Shown: positions 52,874 through 61,986, counted from the first letter of the stretch. The stretch is DNA of 64,000 nucleotides from Candidatus Binatia bacterium (GCA_963666515.2 OY762897.2:2240001-2304000); one strand, 5' to 3'. Notes: generated from the letters alone by a model not told the origin. A program made the numbers and translations.

Positions 52874-53806
52874 TCATTTCGGCATCGGCCCCACCAGCAG
52901 CGCGGGGTCGAGGCGGCGGCCGAACAGGTTGATGCGCCAGTCGAGGTGGGGGCCGGTGGAGCGGCCGGTGGAGCCGACCTCGGCGATGGGCTGTCCCTGC
53001 TTCACCCGCTGGCCCTTCTTTACCAGGATGCGCGACAGGTGGAGGAACGCGGACGAGAGGCCGTGGCCGTGGTCGACGATCATGGTGCCGCCGGAAAAGT
53101 ACATGTCCCGGTGCACCAAGGTGACCACGCCGGCGGCGGGCGCCGCCACCCGGGTGCCCTTGGGCGCGGCGATGTCGATGCCGTAGTGGGGACGGCGCGG
53201 CTCGCCGTTCAGGATGCGCTGGGAGCCGTAGACGCCGCTGATGCGGCCCTTTACGGGCCAGCGGAAGCCTCCGAGGAAGTCGGTGCGCGGGTCATCGACC
53301 TTGCGCGCGCGCTTCACCAGGGCGACCTCCCGGCGGATGCGCTTGAGATCCTCCTTGCTGGGCGTCACCTTGCGCGGCGGCAGGCCGTCGATGCGCTGAA
53401 CGTTGTACTTGCGGGGCTTGACCACCAGCCCGTACCGCTGGCGCCGTCCGTCCGGGAAGACCACCGACAGCACGGCCCGCGGCGGGGCGTCGCGCCCGAA
53501 GCCGACGAGGAACCAGCCGTCACGGGAGACCCGCACCCGCTCGCCCTCGAACTCCACGACGGAACCCGGCGCCACGCGCCCGCGCAGCAGACCGCCCTGG
53601 ATCCGCGCGCCGTCCAGTTGAACCGCAGCCTCAGCGGCCCGCGACGCATCCGCGGGTAGCAGCACGAACAACGCCGCCAGACAAAGCGCCGTCAACGTCC
53701 ACCGGGACCGCAAACCAGGTACGTTCGTAACAGGTACGTTCACGGGATCAACCAAGACTGACGCGGAGCAACGTATCCTTCCTGTTGTGTCGCCAAGCGT
53801 CTGCAT
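52874..53806 (-). CDS. M23 family peptidase
   Basis: HYGIDIA, HLS, GSTGRSTGPHLDW; true start probably downstream of 53806. Confidence 0.9.
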   Translation of the reverse strand: MQTLGDTTGRIRCSASVLVDPVNVPVTNVPGLRSRWTLTALCLAALFVLLPADASRAAEAAVQLDGARIQGGLLRGRVAPGSVVEFEGERVRVSRDGWFLVGFGRDAPPRAVLSVVFPDGRRQRYGLVVKPRKYNVQRIDGLPPRKVTPSKEDLKRIRREVALVKRARKVDDPRTDFLGGFRWPVKGRISGVYGSQRILNGEPRRPHYGIDIAAPKGTRVAAPAAGVVTLVHRDMYFSGGTMIVDHGHGLSSAFLHLSRILVKKGQRVKQGQPIAEVGSTGRSTGPHLDWRINLFGRRLDPALLVGPMPK

Positions 53807-53947
53807 CTACAACATATGGTGTATGCGGGCTCCGGTGTCAACCGACCGGCCGGCTGCGGTCTTGACTTGGCGCTGCTTCGGTGGTCCGATGGAATCGGAA
53901 CAGGCTGGCGGTCCCTGCGCGGTCGGACGGAAAGGGAAAGGCGCCCG

Positions 53948-54436
53948 ATGGCACAGTGCGGTGATGGTTCCGGAGACGGCGGCACGACGCGGCGCGGCAC
54001 TCTCGCGCTGATCCTCATGGGCGCGGGGCTCGTCTTGAGCTACGGCCTGCTGGCCGCCCAGGGCTTCCTGTTTCTCCTGCCCCGGCGCCTCCGGCCCGAG
54101 GTCCGCTGGCTGTTCGCCGGACGGCTGGACCACTACCGGGAAGGCGCCGTCCGCAAGTTCACCGGCCTCGACGGCACGGAAATCCTCATCAAGCGCAGTC
54201 CGGGCGGCATCGAGGCCTTCAGTTCGGTGTGCCCCCATCTCGGGTGTCGCGTCCACTGGGTGCCGTCCCGGAAAGAGTTCTTCTGTCCCTGCCACAACGC
54301 GGTGTTCGACGGCGACGGCGTGGCCGTCTCCGGTCCGCCCGCGGACGCGGGACAGCGCCTGGCGCGGGTTCCGCTGAGGGTCGACGACGCCAGCAACGTC
54401 GTCTACGTCGGCGTCAGGGACACGGGCAAGGGTTGA
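53948..54436 (+). CDS. Rieske 2Fe-2S subunit of a Rieske/cytochrome b complex
   Basis: Twin-Arg TRRGTL plus TM helix; CPHLGC and CPCH boxes; SGPP. Confidence 0.92.
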   Translation: MAQCGDGSGDGGTTRRGTLALILMGAGLVLSYGLLAAQGFLFLLPRRLRPEVRWLFAGRLDHYREGAVRKFTGLDGTEILIKRSPGGIEAFSSVCPHLGCRVHWVPSRKEFFCPCHNAVFDGDGVAVSGPPADAGQRLARVPLRVDDASNVVYVGVRDTGKG

Positions 54437-54443
54437 CGAAGCC

Positions 54444-55502
54444 ATGAGCAAGCCTCCCGGAGCCGGCCGCCTGCAAGCCATGTTCCCGTTCGACTGGGAG
54501 CTGCTGAGGCACGCCGGCGCCGAGCCCATCCCCAACCACCTGAAGAAGTGGTGGTTCTGCCTGGGCGGCACCGTCCTCTACCTCTTCATCGTCCAGGTGG
54601 TCACGGGCATCGCCCTGACCTTCTACTACGTGCCCTCCGCGGAGGAAGCCTACGCCAGCGTGGCCGCCATCACCCGCGAGGTCCGCTTCGGCTGGTTCAT
54701 CCGCTCGCTGCACAAGTGGGCCGCCAACCTCATGATCATCGCCGTGATGCTCCACATGCTGCGGGTGTTCGTCACCGGCGCCTACCGCCACCCGCGGCAG
54801 CTCAACTGGTGCGTGGGCTTCCTGCTGTTGCTGGTGACCCTGGGCTTCGGCTTCACGGGCTACTCGCTCGTCTTCGAGCAACTGAGCTTCTGGGGCGCCA
54901 CCGTGGCCACCAACCTGGCCGAGGCGGTGCCGCTGGCCGGGCCGTGGATGGCGCACTTCCTTCGCGGCGGCGCCGAGGTCGGCGGCGCCACGCTGACCCG
55001 CTTCTACATCCTCCACATCGGCGTGCTGCCGACGGTGGCGTTCGCGCTGCTGGCGCTGCACATCCTGCTGATCCGGCTGCAGGGCGTCACGGAACTGGAG
55101 CCGCCGGACGAAGAAGACACGGCCGGGAAACGCCACTTCCCCTTCTGGCCGGACCACGCCACCACCGAGATCCTGATCGGCGTGCTGCTGATGTATCTCC
55201 TGACCATCCTGGCCCTGGTCTTCCCCGCGGGGCTCGGGCCGGCCGCCGATCCCACGCAGACCCCCGATCACATCAAGCCCGAGTGGTTCTTCTATTTCAG
55301 CTTTCGCCTGCTCAAGCTGACGTCGCTGCGCGTGAGCGTGGCGCTGACCGTGGCCATGGGCGCCATCGCCTTCTTCTGGCCCTTCATCGAGGAATGGTGC
55401 CGGCGCCGCTGGCGGGTGCCCGACGGCGTCCCGGTGACCCTGGGCACCCTGGCCTTTCTGGTCTTTCTCGTGCTGACCGTGTGGGAATCCTTTGCCGACT
55501 GA
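54444..55502 (+). CDS. cytochrome b, b6-type fused to subunit IV
   Basis: WFCLGG (heme ci Cys), RSLH..MLH, ILH-x14-H, PEWF. Confidence 0.93.
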   Translation: MSKPPGAGRLQAMFPFDWELLRHAGAEPIPNHLKKWWFCLGGTVLYLFIVQVVTGIALTFYYVPSAEEAYASVAAITREVRFGWFIRSLHKWAANLMIIAVMLHMLRVFVTGAYRHPRQLNWCVGFLLLLVTLGFGFTGYSLVFEQLSFWGATVATNLAEAVPLAGPWMAHFLRGGAEVGGATLTRFYILHIGVLPTVAFALLALHILLIRLQGVTELEPPDEEDTAGKRHFPFWPDHATTEILIGVLLMYLLTILALVFPAGLGPAADPTQTPDHIKPEWFFYFSFRLLKLTSLRVSVALTVAMGAIAFFWPFIEEWCRRRWRVPDGVPVTLGTLAFLVFLVLTVWESFAD

Positions 55503-55526
55503 CCGTCACGAGTCTGGAGCCATGCC

Positions 55527-57122
55527 ATGAGCCTGACCTTCAAACGCTACGTCATTGCCGGCCTGTCCTTCCTCTTCCTCGGGGCGCTTCTGCTGGTGGC
55601 CTGGCAGGAGTCCCGGCGCCACCGGGTGGATCAGGGCCACGAGCCCGTGGTCACCGCGGCCAACCAGGCGTGCGTGACCTGCCACAAGGTCGATTCACCG
55701 GCCATGGTCATGCAGTGGGAGCAGTCCCGGCACGCCCGCTTCGGCGTGGGCTGCGTCGATTGCCACCGGGCGGTCGAGGGCGACATCGACGGCTGGATGC
55801 ACGAGGGGACGCTGGTCTCGGCGCTGGTGACGCCCCGCGACTGCGCCCGCTGCCACGTGCGGGAAGAGGAGCAGTTCGCGCGCAGCCACCACGCCCGCGC
55901 CGGCGAGATCCTGGCGAGCCTCGACAACGTGCTGGCGGAGAAGGCCGCCGGCATGCCCGGCAACATCGCGGACGCGGTCAACGGCTGCTGGCAGTGCCAC
56001 GGCAGCATCATCAGGTTCAAGCGGGACGCGGACGGCGCGGTGCTGCGCACGGGCAAGGAGAACAAGCCGGTCATCGACCCGGACACCTGGCCCAACAGCG
56101 GCATGGGGCGCCTCAACCCCGACGGCTCCAAGGGGTCGTGCCACGCGTGCCATTCACGCCACTCGTTCCAGGCCAAGCTGGCGCGGGCGCCGGAGAACTG
56201 CGGCAAGTGCCACATGGGACCCGACCATCCGCAGATCGAGATCTACAACGAGTCGAAGCACGGCATCGCCTTCTACGCCAACCGCGCGAACATGGCGCTG
56301 GACAAGGAAGGCGACTGGGTGCTGGGACGGGACTACGCCGCCGCGCCCACCTGCGCCACCTGCCACGTCAGCAGCCACATGACGCCGCAGGGCGTCCGCA
56401 CGGGCAACAAGCACGACGTGGGCGAGCGCATAAGCTGGACGCTGCGGCCGGTGATCAGCACCAAGCTCAACCGGGTCGTCTTCAAGGACGGCTACCAGGA
56501 AGACTACCCGGATACCCGGGCGCTGCCGGAGATCGGCGCCACCGTGGACACCGTCGAGAAGGTCGTGCGCAACGAGAGGCTGGTGAACCGGACGGTGCCG
56601 CGCCAGGTGGCCCGCATCGTGACCTGGGAGCAGCGGCGGGAGAACATGAAGCAGGTCTGCCGCAACTGCCACAACGACACCTACATCGACAACTTCTACC
56701 GCCAGTTCGACCAGCTCGTGGTGCTCTACAACGAGAAGTTCGCCCGCCCGGCGCAGCGGATCATGAACGAACTGAAGGCCGACGGCGTGCTCCGGGCCAA
56801 CGCCCCCTTCGAGCACGACGTGCAGTGGGACTTCTGGGAGCTGTGGCACCACGAGGGCCGCAGGGCGCGCCACGGCGCCAGCATGATGGGGCCGGACTAC
56901 ACCCACTGGCACGGCATGTACGAGGTCTCCAAGCACTTCTACCTGAAGTTCCTGCCCCACGTCATCAAGGCCGCTGCCACCAAGGGGCCGGAGATGAAGG
57001 ACAAGTACACCCGGCGGGTCCAGGAGCTGCTGGCGCGGCCCGAGAACGTTTGGCTCAAGGGCCTCAGCGCCGAGGAGGCGGAGGCGCTGCGCAAGGCGTA
57101 CGAGGAACGTTACGACCAGTGA
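55527..57122 (+). CDS. octaheme cytochrome c, hydroxylamine oxidoreductase (HAO)-like family
   Basis: Eight CxxCH motifs (CVTCH, CVDCH, CARCH, CWQCH, CHACH, CGKCH, CATCH, CRNCH); GPDHPQIEIYNESKHG; MMGPDYTHWHG; N-terminal TM/signal. Confidence 0.92.
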   Translation: MSLTFKRYVIAGLSFLFLGALLLVAWQESRRHRVDQGHEPVVTAANQACVTCHKVDSPAMVMQWEQSRHARFGVGCVDCHRAVEGDIDGWMHEGTLVSALVTPRDCARCHVREEEQFARSHHARAGEILASLDNVLAEKAAGMPGNIADAVNGCWQCHGSIIRFKRDADGAVLRTGKENKPVIDPDTWPNSGMGRLNPDGSKGSCHACHSRHSFQAKLARAPENCGKCHMGPDHPQIEIYNESKHGIAFYANRANMALDKEGDWVLGRDYAAAPTCATCHVSSHMTPQGVRTGNKHDVGERISWTLRPVISTKLNRVVFKDGYQEDYPDTRALPEIGATVDTVEKVVRNERLVNRTVPRQVARIVTWEQRRENMKQVCRNCHNDTYIDNFYRQFDQLVVLYNEKFARPAQRIMNELKADGVLRANAPFEHDVQWDFWELWHHEGRRARHGASMMGPDYTHWHGMYEVSKHFYLKFLPHVIKAAATKGPEMKDKYTRRVQELLARPENVWLKGLSAEEAEALRKAYEERYDQ

Positions 57123-57192
57123 GATCCCTCGCGGCCAACGGAGTACGGGAACCGTTGCGGAGGAATCGGCGTCCGGAGGTTGCCGGCCGGGA

Positions 57193-58503
57193 TCAGGGCT
57201 TCGTGCCCACCGCCGAGTGGAACGGTTGCGAGATGAAGAACTGGTTGCCGGCCGAGGCAATCGCGTCCCGCCACTCCTCGGCCTCCTCCGGCGTCAGCCG
57301 CGAGGCCATGCGTTCCTGCTGCTGTTGCAACCGCTCCCCTGATGCGTAGGTGGCGTACTGCGGCAGCATGACCACGTCCCGGAGTCCGGCCCGCTCCATG
57401 CGCTCGTAGAGGCTCGCGTCCGCGCAACCGCCCCGCACCACGTCGCCGTAGCCGGTCTGGGCCTTGTGCTTGAGGTCGGACCGTAGCGGCAGATTGACCC
57501 ACCACGGCATGTCCAGGGAACGGACGATGGCCGCCACCTTGCCGCCGGGCCGGGTGACCCGAACCAACTGGGCCAGCATGGCGTCGGCGTCGCCTTCCTC
57601 CATGACCGTGAACGCCAGGGCTGCGTCGAACCGGCCGTCGGCGAACGGCAGTTCCTCGCCGTTGGCGCTCCGCCACTCGATGACGCCGTCGAGCCCTTCG
57701 CTCACCGCCAGCTTCCCCGCCTCGCGAAGCAGATAGTTGTTGATGTCCGCGCCCACGATGGGGTTGCGCTTATCGGTGTAGCGGGCCAGCCAACGCGCCA
57801 CCGTGCCGGCGCCGCAACCCACCTCCAGCACCGTCTGACCGGGTTCGAGCCCGACCTCGTCCACCACGCTCCGCACCACCCGCAGGTATCCGGGGCCGCG
57901 GGTCTCCAGGAAAGCCACCATGCCCAGGTAACGGCCGCCCAGGGTCACGGTCGTGTAACGCTCGGCGAGGGCGGGCAGCAGCGGATCCCACTGCGACGCC
58001 GCCAAGCCTAGCGGAAAGAGCAGCAGCGGCGGCCCCGATCCCCGGACCGTGTAGGAGATGCCGGCCTCCTCACCCTCCCCTTCCGGGATCTGAACCGACG
58101 GCAGCGGACTCTCCCTGTCCCGAACCGCGAGAAACTCCAGCATGGCCGACCCGACCTCGCCGGTGCGGTCCGCCATGACGTCCGCCCACATGGGGCTGAA
58201 GTAGTCGCGCAGCATGGTCAACGTGGTCCCCGGCAACCCGTCCACCGCACGCATGAGATCGCCCACCACGTTCCCTCCATCGCCCGATACGATCAGCAGC
58301 CGCGACGCATGGGGACGCAGCACCTCGGTCTTCATGCCCCGCGGACAGATGAGGGTGAGCGACGCCACCGCCGCCGGGTGCTGCTCCAGCAACCCGCTCC
58401 AGTCGCCGGGCAGGTAGGCCGCCACATGGGCCTTTTCGATGCCCAGGCGCCGCAGCAACTCGACGACACGGTCCTCCACCGAACGATTTTCCTGTGTGAC
58501 CAC
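57193..58503 (-). CDS. class I SAM methyltransferase with N-terminal alpha/beta-hydrolase-like region
   Basis: VLEVGCGAG, EELPFADGRFD, RVTRPGG; N-terminal LGIEKAHV and GSGPPLLL segments. Confidence 0.85.
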   Translation of the reverse strand: MVTQENRSVEDRVVELLRRLGIEKAHVAAYLPGDWSGLLEQHPAAVASLTLICPRGMKTEVLRPHASRLLIVSGDGGNVVGDLMRAVDGLPGTTLTMLRDYFSPMWADVMADRTGEVGSAMLEFLAVRDRESPLPSVQIPEGEGEEAGISYTVRGSGPPLLLFPLGLAASQWDPLLPALAERYTTVTLGGRYLGMVAFLETRGPGYLRVVRSVVDEVGLEPGQTVLEVGCGAGTVARWLARYTDKRNPIVGADINNYLLREAGKLAVSEGLDGVIEWRSANGEELPFADGRFDAALAFTVMEEGDADAMLAQLVRVTRPGGKVAAIVRSLDMPWWVNLPLRSDLKHKAQTGYGDVVRGGCADASLYERMERAGLRDVVMLPQYATYASGERLQQQQERMASRLTPEEAEEWRDAIASAGNQFFISQPFHSAVGTKP

Positions 58504-58615
58504 GGTGTCCCTCCTGTACTTGCCGACGGTTCAGCGTTAGTGAATTTCCCACGGCGTATCAAGTCCACCGCACGAGTCCCCGGCCCCACATTTCCATTGC
58601 AGCAGATCGTCAATT

Positions 58616-58715
58616 CGTCATTCCGGCGAAAGCCGGAATCCAGGGGCGGCGGCAGGCCGGGGCCGCAGTGCCGGCCGGCCCTACCCCCTGGATTCCGGCT
58701 TTCGCCGGAATGACG
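58616..58715. repeat. REPIN-like long inverted repeat (CGTC family)
   Basis: cgtcattccggcgaaagccggaatccagggg .. cccctggattccggctttcgccggaatgacg perfect arms. Confidence 0.88.
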
Positions 58716-58771
58716 GGTGCAGGCTATGGCAGCCCGGCCCGGCGTGACGGGTGCGGGCGTTGAGCCTCGCC

Positions 58772-58800
58772 TTGACCCCTCTCCGCATTCACGCCACTAT
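58772..58800 (+). promoter_or_regulatory. possible sigma70 promoter of carboxyltransferase copy 1
   Basis: TTGACC-N17-CACTAT. Confidence 0.4.
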
Positions 58801-58836
58801 GAGCAGTCTGCAACAGCACATCTTTCAGGAGACCAC

Positions 58837-60327
58837 ATGAGCGACATTCACTTCATCGACACGACCCTGCGCGACGGCAACCAGAGCCTGTGGGCGCTCA
58901 ACATGAAGACCGCGGCCATGGTGGAGGCCGCGGAGCAGATGGACCAGGCGGGCTTCGAGTCCATGGAGTTCTTCGTCACCAACATGTTCAAGAAGTACGT
59001 GCGCGAGCACAAGGAGGACCCGTGGGACTGGCTGCGGGAAGGCACCAAGCGGCTGCGCAAGACCGAGCTGCGGCTCCACGGCGGGCTCAAGGGCGGGCTC
59101 GAGAAGAAGCCGGCGTCCATCCTCAGACTCATCATCCAGAAGGTGGTGGACAGCGGCATCACGCTGACGCGCACGTCCAATAGCTGGAACGACTACGAGG
59201 TCTTCGGCGAGGAAGTGAAGGGGCTGCGCGAGCTGGGCATGGAAACCGTGGTGAACCTCATCTACTCGGTGTCGCCCCGGCACACCGACGAGTACTACGC
59301 GCAGAAGGCCCGGGAAGCCGCGGCCATCAAGCCCTACCGCATCTGCTTCAAGGACGTGGGCGGGTTGCTCACGCCGGAGCGCACCCGCTCGCTGGTCCCC
59401 TTGGTGTTGGAGAACATCGGCGACACCCCGGTGGAGTTCCACGCCCACTGCAACAACGGCTTGGCGCCGCTCAACTACCTGGAAGCCATCGAGCTGGGCA
59501 TGACCACCATCCACACCAGCGTGCCGCCGCTGGCCAACGCCTCGGCCCAGCCCTCCATCTTCAACATGGTGCGGAACATCCGCGCCGTGGGGCACACGCC
59601 GCTGGTGGACGAAGAGGTGCTGCGGCCGGTGGAGCAGCACTTCACCTACGTGGCCAGGCGCGACGGCCTCCCCATCGGCAAGCCCGTGGAGTACAACCAC
59701 GGCCAGTACCTGCACCAGGTGCCCGGCGGCATGATCTCCAACTTCGTGCACCAGCTCAAGCTCGTGGGCATGGAGGACAAGCTGCCGGCGGCGCTGGAGG
59801 AGGCCGCGCGGGTGCGCGCCGAGTGGGGCTATCCCATCATGGTGACGCCATTGTCGCAGTTCGTGGGCACCCAGGCGGCGTTCAACGTCATCCTGGGCGA
59901 GCGCTACAAGGAGGTGGCAGACCAGTCCATCCAGTACGCCCTGGGCATCTGGGGCCGGGAAGGCGCCGAGCTCATGGACCCCGACGTCAAGGACAGAATC
60001 CTGAGCCGCCCCCGGGCCAAGGCCTGGACCGAATGGGAGCAGCCGGAGCCGTCGCTGGCGGAGTTGCGGGGACAGGTGGGTGGACCCTCGATTTCCGACG
60101 AGGAGCTGGTGCTGCGGGTCTACGCCGGCGTGGACGAGGTCAGGACCATGATGGAGTCCGGCCGCCCGCGCGAGTACCTGAGCGCCCGCCAGCCGCTGGT
60201 GCGGCTCATCAACGAGCTGACCAAGCAGAAGGAGTACACCCAGGTGTACATCCGCAAGCCGGGCTTCTCCCTCACCCTGGGGCGGAACGCCGACGGAGAC
60301 GCGACCGAAGGTACTGCCGCCGCGTAG
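58837..60327 (+). CDS. PycB/OadA-like carboxyltransferase without biotinyl domain (copy 1)
   Basis: DTTLRDGNQSLW, CFKDVGGLL, HAHC, HQVPGGM, GYPIMVTPLSQ; no MKM motif. Confidence 0.9.
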   Translation: MSDIHFIDTTLRDGNQSLWALNMKTAAMVEAAEQMDQAGFESMEFFVTNMFKKYVREHKEDPWDWLREGTKRLRKTELRLHGGLKGGLEKKPASILRLIIQKVVDSGITLTRTSNSWNDYEVFGEEVKGLRELGMETVVNLIYSVSPRHTDEYYAQKAREAAAIKPYRICFKDVGGLLTPERTRSLVPLVLENIGDTPVEFHAHCNNGLAPLNYLEAIELGMTTIHTSVPPLANASAQPSIFNMVRNIRAVGHTPLVDEEVLRPVEQHFTYVARRDGLPIGKPVEYNHGQYLHQVPGGMISNFVHQLKLVGMEDKLPAALEEAARVRAEWGYPIMVTPLSQFVGTQAAFNVILGERYKEVADQSIQYALGIWGREGAELMDPDVKDRILSRPRAKAWTEWEQPEPSLAELRGQVGGPSISDEELVLRVYAGVDEVRTMMESGRPREYLSARQPLVRLINELTKQKEYTQVYIRKPGFSLTLGRNADGDATEGTAAA

Positions 60328-60590
60328 CGGCGGGGTTCAAAGTGTGCGGAGACCGGCTGGCGTAGGCTGCGCGCGCTTCGTGACCTGATCGCTCCCAAGC
60401 CCGCGCCAGTGCCGACCAAGGCCGAAGTCAAGGAACAGGTCAAGATTCGCCATCAGGACGGCTCCTTGCCCGACCCTGACGAATTGGCCCGTCGGGGTCA
60501 CCTCACTGGGAACATCCCTGGAAGGAGTTTTGCTTCAGGGTGGCAGCGAAGTTATCTATGCCATCGTGCTTGCGAACGCTTGAAAGGCGC

Positions 60591-60606
60591 ATAGCGGATA
60601 CGCTAT
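60591..60606. promoter_or_regulatory. putative TA operator
   Basis: Inverted repeat atagcg-gata-cgctat just upstream of the toxin. Confidence 0.55.
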
Positions 60607-60616
60607 ATGCCTAGAT

Positions 60617-60940
60617 GTGGGATGGCAGGTCGAAACCGTTTCCAGTGTCGATGCCGAAATCGCGGCCCTGCCGGTGAAGTTGCGTGCCCGGCTGGTGCGG
60701 CTGCTGGAGACAGTGGAGAACGTCGGTCTGGAGGCATTGCGGGAACCGCACGTCAAGCATCTCGAAGGCAAGCTCTGGGAACTACGGGTCAGGGCTGAAG
60801 GGGGGACCGCCAGGGGGATCTATGTGACAGCGGCGCAACGACGGGTGGTGGTCCTGCATGTGTTCGTAAAGAAGTCGCGGAGGACACCGCTTCGGGCTCT
60901 CGCGACAGCCAGGGAACGTATGAAGCAGGTGAAGCTATGA
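60617..60940 (+). CDS. RelE/HigB (Gp49-like) toxin
   Basis: EPHVKHLEGKLWELR, VLHVFVKKSRRTP. Confidence 0.9.
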   Translation: MGWQVETVSSVDAEIAALPVKLRARLVRLLETVENVGLEALREPHVKHLEGKLWELRVRAEGGTARGIYVTAAQRRVVVLHVFVKKSRRTPLRALATARERMKQVKL

Positions 60941-61221
60941 CCAGACTGAAGGAACTGAAGAAGCGTCTTATGGAAGACCCGGAATTCCGGGAGGAGTACG
61001 CGCGGATTGATGACGAGTACACGCTGATCGAGGCGCTGGTTCGTGCCCGCACGGCGGCGAAGCTGACGCAGGCGGAACTGGCCCGGCGCCTCGGCACGAC
61101 GCAGTCGGCCATCGCGCGGCTGGAGGGCGGCGGAGTGTCGCCGTCGTTTACCACCTTGCGCCGCTACGCTGAAGCGACCGGCACGCGGCTGACCGTTGAG
61201 TTGGTACAAGCCAACCGCTGA
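60937..61221 (+). CDS. HigA-like XRE HTH antitoxin
   Basis: DPEFREEY, LTQAELARRLGTTQSAIARLE; ATGA overlap with the toxin. Confidence 0.9.
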   Translation: MTRLKELKKRLMEDPEFREEYARIDDEYTLIEALVRARTAAKLTQAELARRLGTTQSAIARLEGGGVSPSFTTLRRYAEATGTRLTVELVQANR

Positions 61222-61303
61222 AGGGGGCATGCTTCACCCCGCGATGGCGCCAAGCCGTCATGCAGAATCCTCCCGAGCCCGAACGCTTCTGAAACGCCGC
61301 TTC

Positions 61304-61638
61304 TCAACTCAGCACCCGCAAGGCGGTCTCCGGCATCTTGTCGAGAACCCGGGCAAGGCTCTGGCGGCGCCGGTGGGGCCGCGTTTGCCCTGCTCCCAGT
61401 TGCGGACCGTCTCGTGCGACACGTCGATGCGTCGCGCGAACTCCACCTGCGTAAGCCCGAGGCGCCGACGAACGCGGCGCGCGAACCGCGCCATGTCGCG
61501 CATCGCCTCGGCATCGTCCTCCCGCTGCTGCGATGCGAGGTCCGCCTCCGTGGCGCCGTCCACGACCGCATGATCGATCCTCCCCTCGGGCAGGCTGCGC
61601 GGATCGTCCGGATCAATCCTTACGCGCTTCGTGTTCAT
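61304..61638 (-). pseudogene. HTH antitoxin with C-terminal frameshift
   Basis: LGLTQVEFARRI..RNWEQGKRGP; a shifted frame after ARAL gives RVLDKMPETALRVLS-stop, implying a 1-nt deletion near 61362. Confidence 0.7.
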
Positions 61639-61748
61639 ACTCGCGAACCTCCTTCCCGTTGGCCTTGCGGGCCGAGATGATGCGGATGGCTGAGCCGCGC
61701 ATGGGAAAAACAGTCATCGCTCTTGGCATCGTCCCACTCGAAGTCCAT
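61613..61748 (-). pseudogene. brnT: BrnT-family toxin remnant with internal deletion
   Basis: MDFEWDDAKSDDCF joined out of frame to RGSAIRIISARKANGKEVREY; only 136 bp remain. Confidence 0.78.
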
Positions 61749-61757
61749 GTGCTGATA

Positions 61758-61772
61758 TAGGCCAATGGCCTA
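61758..61772. promoter_or_regulatory. putative operator of the decayed BrnT module
   Basis: Inverted repeat taggcca-a-tggccta. Confidence 0.5.
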
Positions 61773-61986
61773 CAAAGGTCAATGATTGGCGGTTGCCCGC
61801 GATGAAAGGCGGGGGTGATCGGCGCCCGCCGCGTGTGCTAAGTTCGAGAATTCCGTTTGCAGGGCATTGGCAACAGCCGCGAATCAGAATCGCGCCCCAC
61901 AGGGCAGGACGGATGCGGGTGGACGCTCGGAGGCGCCACCGCCGCATCACGGGCGATTGCATGGCAACGACCACCGAGGAACACGC

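Noticed and set aside
55527-57122. Evidence for ammonia oxidation or anammox
   Set aside because: No amo, cycA/B or hzs genes here, and the cross-link position appears to be Trp; HAO-family membership alone is not diagnostic
54548-57349. 933-aa plus-strand ORF over cytochrome b and the HAO-like gene
   Set aside because: Arg/Gly/Pro-rich off-frame translation; the real frames carry the heme motifs
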